A DNA stretch of 64,000 bases from an uncultured Acidobacteriota bacterium (GTDB lineage: Bacteria > Acidobacteriota > Vicinamibacteria > Vicinamibacterales > SCN-69-37). The stretch covers positions 157,961 to 221,960 of the forward strand of contig CAVVWN010000007.1 in the NCBI GenBank assembly GCA_963752045.1, in the 5' to 3' direction. The notes below the pieces were generated by a model that saw nothing but the letters and a program-made list of their open reading frames with translations, was not told the DNA's origin and did no database searches. Below are positions 58,363 through 64,000 of this stretch, piece after piece; the stretch's first letter is position 1; each line of letters begins with the position of its first letter. The position numbers were made by a program, and so were the translations under genes.

Positions 58363-61300
58363 CAGAAGACGTACCGTATCCGAAAGTCGAGCGCGAAGGT
58401 CCGATCTTCGTTGCGGGACAGCACCCAGGACAGCCGGTCGCTCTGATCGTATTCGAGCAGGATGACTTCGTATTCGGCAGAGCTGTTGAGCGCGCGCGAG
58501 TACGTCAGAAACACGCGGCTCGAGATGCGTTTCCCGAGCGTGATGCGAGCCGTCGGGTTGAGCTGCTGCAGCGTGGCCTCGTCGCCGAGAAGCGGCGTAA
58601 TCGCAATCGTGTCGATCGGCACCGCCTGCTGCACGACCCGCTGCACGCCGCTCGTGATCGGCGAGGCCAGCACCTGCGCGGCCGCCGTCCGAAGCAGCAT
58701 CGCCTGCGCCTGCTGCGGCGACTGCAGCGACCGCTGCTCCACCTGGCCGAGGTCCGGAAGCTCGCCGAACATCAGCCCGAGAATGTCGATGTCGCTCGCG
58801 AGCGGCGGGTCGGACGTGAGCGTCGGCACGAACGAGTCCTTCGTGCCGGTCACGCGCAGGTCCACCTGGTACGTCTGCCCGGGAATGCGCACGCGCGTGA
58901 CGAGCTCGACGTCGAAGTACGGATCGAACCCGGACCCGCCGCCCTGGAAGTCCACCACGCCGCGCTGGACGATGTAGCGGTTCCCGGAAAAGAAGAGCTC
59001 GCCCTGGTCGATCGACACCCCTCCGACCAGCTGCGGCCGGTCCACCGTGCCGGAAAACAGCAGGTCCGCGCTCGCCCAGATCGTCGCATCCGGAAGACGG
59101 ATGACGGGTTCGGGCAGCCGGCTCGCCACCACGCGCACGTCGAAGACCAGCGGGAAGCCGGTCGGCTGGGACGGCGCATCAGGCAGCCCCCGTTCACCGC
59201 CAATCTGGCCGGATGCCGCCGACAGGTAGCCGAGGAGTCCCGCGCCCGGATCCAGCGGGACGCGGTAGTTTGCGCGCAGCACATCGACGGTGCCCGAGAG
59301 ACGCGGCGCCTCGGGCGGGCCCGTGAGCGACAGATCGGCGTTGAGCGTGGAGCGCAGGCCCTCGGGATAGCGCAGGTTCATCGCCGTGCCGGTCGCGCGC
59401 ACGTTGAACTCGGAGATCGCCGTGCCCTCGAGCAGAATCGCGCCGCCGAACCGCACCTGCCCGTCACCGAGCCGTCCGCCGAGCGCATCGAGGTTCACGC
59501 CGGTGCGGTCGAAGACGATCACGCCGTTGACGTCCGTCAGGCTCTGCGCGAAGGCGCTGTGGCGGATACGCCCGTCGGTGATCTGCGCCTGCCCCCCAAG
59601 GCGATAGCCGTCGAGCGGCCCTTCGAGGTTCGCCCGCAACGACGCGGCACCGGTCGCCCGCACGTCGGGAAAAAACAGCTGCAGAATCGTGAGGCTGGCA
59701 TCGCCGTCGAGCCGGACGTTGACGTCGGAGGTCTCAAGGTCCACGCCGCCCGACAGCGCCAGACTCGTGTCGGTGCCCGTCAGGCGCAGTTCGTCGATCG
59801 CAAAGCGGTTGTCGACGAACGACAGCCGGACCGGTCCGTCGTTGCTGAGCGTGAACTGCAGCAGCGTCAGGCTGGCCTCGTCGAGCGTGGCCGTCACGCC
59901 GAGCGACTCGACGGTGGCGAGCGGACCCTCGACGTGGATGCGGCCGGTGGCCGTGGCGACGGCGTAGCCGGCCAGCTCGGGCCCGAAGAACCGGATGTAC
60001 GGATCGAGCGAGGTCTCGAAGAACGACAGGTCGAGTACCGCGTCGGAACCCTCGGTGAGCGAGACGCGACCCGACCCGCTGATCGTCCCAAGCGGCGAGG
60101 TCGCGAGGAAGTTGTCGATCGTCATGGCGTCGCCGCGCACCGTCAGCCGGGCGCTGACCTGCCCGACGAACTCGTCCCCGACGTAGAGGTCGGGAACGAC
60201 CGGCGTGAACTCGTAGGTCGGGTCGTCGAACGATCCGCCACCGGTGGCCGTGAAGTGCATCACGCCGGTGAACGGCGCGCGCTCGAGCTTGAAGTTGTCG
60301 AGCGACTCGACCGGAATCTGTCCGCCGTCGGCGTCGAAGTCGTAGGTGTTGTCCCAGCCGATGTGCGCGGCCCCGCGCACCCTGCCGCCGCCCTTGTCCA
60401 TCTCGATGCCGCGGATTTGCAGGCCGTCGCCCTCGAACTCGAGCTCACCCGTCACCCAGGCGAACCGTTCGCCCCAGGCCTCGCCGGGCTCGATGCGCAA
60501 CCGGCCGGAGCCAACCGGTCCGCGGTACGGCCCGCTCAGGGCCAGGTCGACCTCGGACACGATGCCGTCCACCGACCAGTCGTCGAGACCGAACGCGTGA
60601 CGAAGATCGGACAGCGGCCAGCCCGTCAGCCGGAACCGGGCATCGATCTCCTCGCTGCCGTCGTCGCGGAAGCCGAGGGCAAAGCGGCCGTCGGTGCGAA
60701 TCGTGCCGCCAGTCGCGCTTCGGACCGAGCCGTCGCTGATCTCGACGAAGCCGCCTTCGACCACGAGGTCACCGGTCGCGTCACCCCACTCGACGTCCCA
60801 CGCCCGCAGCGCCTCGCTCACGAACCGTCCCGTGACGCGCGGGCGCGAAAACAGCCCGGTCATGCGGCCGTCGAACGTCCCCCGGCCGCCAACCTCAATC
60901 GCCTTCGTGGGCGACCCGCGCGACGTCAGCACGGCGGCGAGCAGCCGATCGCTTTCCTGCCATTCCCGGCTCGTGGCCCGGAAGGCGATGTCGGCCTCCC
61001 CGCCGCCGGACCTGCCGCTGAACGAGACGTACGTCGTCGGCGTGGCCGCCCAGCTCTCGTCGAAGTGGAGGCCCGACGGATCGAATCGATATCGGATCTC
61101 TCCGGCTGCCGGAAACGGCCCGAGGGGTGCCGCTCCGTCGAACGGCCTGACGGTCGGCGGCCGGATGTACGGTTCGTCGGGGACCGTGGCGCTGGCAATG
61201 CGCACGCCCGCAGGCGCGGCAATCGTCGTCAGGCCCTCGCCCGTCAGGCCCTCGCCGAACCGGCCGTTCGGCCAGCTCATCGAGGCGTTCCCCGTCAGCC

Positions 61301-62531
61301 GGCCGCGCGGATCGAGGCCGCCGAGATCGACCCGCGCGCCAAGCGCCAGAAGGTCCACGCCCGTGTAGTCCGCGCTGAACGTCGCCGTCGCTCCGCCCGG
61401 CGATCCGAGCGGGGCCAGGCCGTAGGCGAGCGTCATGTCTCCGCCGTAGAAACCAGCGTCGGCGCGGTGCACGCGGAAGCTCTCCGGCAGCCAGGTGAGC
61501 GAGCCACGCAGGTTCCGGAAATCGAAGCCGTTGACGCCGGCGAGCGCGCTCGAGAAGTCGCCCGAGAGTTCGCGGCCCTCCTTGAAGACGTGGAAGAACC
61601 CGTTGAACCGGCCCTGGCCGCTGAACACCCAATCCTGGCTCGCGAAGAACAGCTCGCGCATCCGCGGAAAATCGATCGTGGACTGCACGTCGTAACGCTG
61701 CTCCGGCCAGTTGCCGAAGTCGACGACGCCCGTGATGCTCGACCGCGCGCCGTCCGTATCGAGGTCGATCTGATGCAGGCGGACGAGCGAGCCGTCGATC
61801 GTGAAGCGCGTCCTGAAGTTCGCCCACATCGGCAGGAAATCGATGATGCGCACCGTGCCGTCCGAGAACCGCGCGGTGCCGTCATAGCGCCCGTACGCCC
61901 GGTTGCGAACCACGCTCACGTCGAGGTTCGGCGCCACGACGCTCCAGGGAGCCCCATGGTCGTCGTAGGTGAACTGGCCATCGAGCGCGTGCACGAAATG
62001 AACGCGGGTGCGCACGATCGGTGGCCGATCCGAGGGCGGACCGCCGCCACCGGTGCGAAGCCTCGGCAGGTTGTGACGGCCGTCGGCCCACCGTTCGATG
62101 ACCATGTCCCAGTCGGTCATCGTCACCTCGAGGACGATCTCGTTACTCCAGAGCGCGGACCAGTTGATGTGCACGCCGATCCGGCGCGCGGTGAGAAATG
62201 GCCGATCGGCCGGGTCGAGCCCCTCGATGACGAGGTCCTCGATCACGAAGTCCCCCGGCGTGATCTTGGCCGAGATGCTGCCGATGCGCATCGGCCGCTC
62301 GAGAAACCGGCTGCCCTCGCGCTCGGCGAGCGCGCGCACGTCGACGAAGGGGATCCGCGCCAGATCGATCGTGAAGAACGCGACGACCAGCGCAGCCACC
62401 ATCGCCGCGCCAATTTCCAGCGCTCGGCGGGTCCACCGTCCGAGCGCGCGCCGCTTGCGGCCCCGGACGCGCGGCGGCGTCTCGCCGGGCGCTGGAGGAT
62501 CGGGCGGATGCGACGTGTGGGCCCCGCTCAC
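58362..62531 (-). CDS. tamB: translocation and assembly module protein TamB (AsmA-like/DUF490 family)
   Basis: 1389 aa with an N-terminal TM anchor (IGAAMVAALVVAFFTI), a long beta-rich body and a DUF490-type C-terminus ...LLEYDQSDRLSWVLSRNEDRTFALDFRIRYVF. Its TGA overlaps the bamA ATG by 1 nt. Confidence 0.85.
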   Translation of the reverse strand: MSGAHTSHPPDPPAPGETPPRVRGRKRRALGRWTRRALEIGAAMVAALVVAFFTIDLARIPFVDVRALAEREGSRFLERPMRIGSISAKITPGDFVIEDLVIEGLDPADRPFLTARRIGVHINWSALWSNEIVLEVTMTDWDMVIERWADGRHNLPRLRTGGGGPPSDRPPIVRTRVHFVHALDGQFTYDDHGAPWSVVAPNLDVSVVRNRAYGRYDGTARFSDGTVRIIDFLPMWANFRTRFTIDGSLVRLHQIDLDTDGARSSITGVVDFGNWPEQRYDVQSTIDFPRMRELFFASQDWVFSGQGRFNGFFHVFKEGRELSGDFSSALAGVNGFDFRNLRGSLTWLPESFRVHRADAGFYGGDMTLAYGLAPLGSPGGATATFSADYTGVDLLALGARVDLGGLDPRGRLTGNASMSWPNGRFGEGLTGEGLTTIAAPAGVRIASATVPDEPYIRPPTVRPFDGAAPLGPFPAAGEIRYRFDPSGLHFDESWAATPTTYVSFSGRSGGGEADIAFRATSREWQESDRLLAAVLTSRGSPTKAIEVGGRGTFDGRMTGLFSRPRVTGRFVSEALRAWDVEWGDATGDLVVEGGFVEISDGSVRSATGGTIRTDGRFALGFRDDGSEEIDARFRLTGWPLSDLRHAFGLDDWSVDGIVSEVDLALSGPYRGPVGSGRLRIEPGEAWGERFAWVTGELEFEGDGLQIRGIEMDKGGGRVRGAAHIGWDNTYDFDADGGQIPVESLDNFKLERAPFTGVMHFTATGGGSFDDPTYEFTPVVPDLYVGDEFVGQVSARLTVRGDAMTIDNFLATSPLGTISGSGRVSLTEGSDAVLDLSFFETSLDPYIRFFGPELAGYAVATATGRIHVEGPLATVESLGVTATLDEASLTLLQFTLSNDGPVRLSFVDNRFAIDELRLTGTDTSLALSGGVDLETSDVNVRLDGDASLTILQLFFPDVRATGAASLRANLEGPLDGYRLGGQAQITDGRIRHSAFAQSLTDVNGVIVFDRTGVNLDALGGRLGDGQVRFGGAILLEGTAISEFNVRATGTAMNLRYPEGLRSTLNADLSLTGPPEAPRLSGTVDVLRANYRVPLDPGAGLLGYLSAASGQIGGERGLPDAPSQPTGFPLVFDVRVVASRLPEPVIRLPDATIWASADLLFSGTVDRPQLVGGVSIDQGELFFSGNRYIVQRGVVDFQGGGSGFDPYFDVELVTRVRIPGQTYQVDLRVTGTKDSFVPTLTSDPPLASDIDILGLMFGELPDLGQVEQRSLQSPQQAQAMLLRTAAAQVLASPITSGVQRVVQQAVPIDTIAITPLLGDEATLQQLNPTARITLGKRISSRVFLTYSRALNSSAEYEVILLEYDQSDRLSWVLSRNEDRTFALDFRIRYVF

Positions 62532-62557
62532 AGTTCCAGCTTAACCGACCGGCGCGC

Positions 62558-63073
62558 CTACTCGACCACGACGAGCAGACGCCCGGCCTCCACCGAAACG
62601 CCCTCGACGACGGCCACCTCGGTGACGCGGCCGGCGCGGACCGCCGTGAGCTCGTTCTCCATCTTCATGGCCTCGACGACGACCAGGCCCTGTCGAACCG
62701 CAACCTCGTCGCCGGCCTTGACGAGCACGCGAACAACCCGCCCCGGCATCGGCGCCACCACCCGCTGCGCCCCGGAGCTGCTGGCCTGGTCGGCCCCCAA
62801 CCGCCGGTACCGGCGGCCGTCGACGAGCGCCCCCACCACGACATGCGGAAACTCGACGATCCACTCACCCCCGGGGAGCCCGGTGAGCGCGGCGTCGACG
62901 ACTCCGCGATCGGCGGTGATGAGCGACAGGCCGAGGTCGGTTGGACGCGCGTCGAGCTCGACCGAAACGTCGTCGACGGCGACGCGGAATCGACCTCCCG
63001 AGCCGTCGGCCGGGCCGATCGGCTCGACGGAGACCTTGCGGAGCCGGCCGGCGACCTCCACCTCGAAGGTCAC
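62558..63073 (-). CDS. biotin carboxyl carrier protein (biotin/lipoyl attachment domain)
   Basis: It has a C-terminal biotinyl domain with VVEAMKMENEL (AMKM motif). GTGA overlap with the accC stop. Confidence 0.8.
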   Translation of the reverse strand: MTFEVEVAGRLRKVSVEPIGPADGSGGRFRVAVDDVSVELDARPTDLGLSLITADRGVVDAALTGLPGGEWIVEFPHVVVGALVDGRRYRRLGADQASSSGAQRVVAPMPGRVVRVLVKAGDEVAVRQGLVVVEAMKMENELTAVRAGRVTEVAVVEGVSVEAGRLLVVVE

Positions 63074-64000
63074 GAGCGTACCCCGTCAAGCCTTGCCGCG
63101 CGGCGCCAGGCCCCGCCGGTGCCAGCGTCGCTCGCCGCGGCCCCATGCGCGCGGAACCAGGTGCCGAGCGCGGCGGCCATCGCCGCATGTCGCTCGTCGT
63201 CTTCGGTCGGTTCGATGAAGAGCCGGCCCTTCCGCTCGGCGAGAATCCGGTCGAGGTACGTCGTGTCGAACCGGCCTTCGAGGAACTCCGGCTGGTGCAC
63301 CACCCACTGGAAGAACGGCACCGTCGTTCGTACGCCCACGACGCGGTATTCGTCGAGCGCCCGCGTGAGCCGGTTGGTGGCTTCGTCGCGCGTCTCGCCC
63401 CAGGCGACGAGCTTGGCGATCATCGAGTCGTAGAAGACCGGGATGTCGAACCCGGCGGCGACGCCTCGGTCATCTCGGATGCCGGGGCCGCTCGGTGTCG
63501 ACAGCGCGCGCACCAGGCCCGGCGACGGCATGAAGCCGCGGTCCGGATCCTCGGCGTAGATCCGGCACTCGATGGCGTGCCCGCGCGGCGTGAGCGCCCG
63601 CTCGGGCGCGACCGTCAGGGGCTCGCCCCGCGCGATGCGCAGCTGCCACTGCACCAGGTCGACGCCGGTGACCATCTCGGTGACCGGGTGCTCGACCTGG
63701 AGCCGCGTGTTCATTTCGAGGAAATAGAACTGGCCGTCGGCGTCGAGCAGGAACTCGATGGTCCCTGCGCTCCGATACCCGACCTCGCGCGCGATGCGCG
63801 CCGCGCATTCGGCCATCGCGGCACGCGTCTCCGCCGCGAGCACGGGCGACGGGGACTCCTCGACGACCTTCTGGTGCCGGCGCTGGATCGAGCACTCGCG
63901 CTCGACGAACGGCACGACCGTGCCATGGTGATCGGCGAGCAGCTGAATCTCGACGTGTCGCGGCGTGACGAGCCGGCGTTCGAGATAGACGGCCGCGTCG
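63070..64000 (-). CDS. accC: biotin carboxylase subunit of acetyl-CoA (acyl-CoA) carboxylase, C-terminal part; continues beyond the window
   Basis: The frame stays open to position 64000 (...AAVYLERRLVTPRHVEIQLLADHHGTVVPFVERECSIQRRHQKVVEESPSP...FLEMNTRLQVEHPVTE...). Confidence 0.9.
   Translation of the reverse strand, partial: DAAVYLERRLVTPRHVEIQLLADHHGTVVPFVERECSIQRRHQKVVEESPSPVLAAETRAAMAECAARIAREVGYRSAGTIEFLLDADGQFYFLEMNTRLQVEHPVTEMVTGVDLVQWQLRIARGEPLTVAPERALTPRGHAIECRIYAEDPDRGFMPSPGLVRALSTPSGPGIRDDRGVAAGFDIPVFYDSMIAKLVAWGETRDEATNRLTRALDEYRVVGVRTTVPFFQWVVHQPEFLEGRFDTTYLDRILAERKGRLFIEPTEDDERHAAMAAALGTWFRAHGAAASDAGTGGAWRRAARLDGVRS

Noticed and set aside
59559-63218. 1219-aa ORF on the plus strand
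   Set aside because: It is antisense to tamB, BCCP and accC, and has a low-complexity Arg/Pro/Ala-rich translation. It is a shadow ORF.

Overview
Visibly GC-rich (not computed), densely coding bacterial chromosomal segment. I support 47 protein-coding genes (2 cut by the window edges), 1 frameshifted bamA-type gene, several hairpin terminators, one promoter plus NrdR-box candidate, and six short-period tandem-repeat arrays at four loci. I recognised no rRNA, tRNA, CRISPR, transposase, integrase or phage genes. Most long ORFs in the six-frame track are antisense shadows typical of high-GC DNA. Content is housekeeping and envelope: Wolinella-type frdCAB-like succinate/fumarate oxidoreductase, class II ribonucleotide reductase nrdJ, recQ, selD, cysQ, corA, accC plus BCCP, a tamB-bamA-SurA-like operon, secreted M14/M20/M28 peptidases, a GT4/GT-C glycosylation operon and a SARP-AAA-TPR regulator. 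This mix suggests a diderm soil lineage such as Acidobacteriota or Gemmatimonadota, which is an untested guess. The most unusual signal is non-coding. Four intergenic gaps are almost completely filled by tandem arrays of 7-9 bp units, each built around a short palindrome (GATC, GTAC, GGACC). Two loci are foldback structures with inverted arrays. The same 9-mer array abuts the start codons of recQ and of the first glycosyltransferase gene 33 kb apart. Other points worth a second look are the bamA frameshift, a tandem pair of large secreted paralogs with aromatic/Gly/Pro-rich tails, an orphan PqqD-like gene behind recQ, and an identical 19-mer placed 5 nt after the stop codons of two adjacent genes. 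No canonical defence or mobile system was found. Function calls rest on motif recognition by eye, not database searches.
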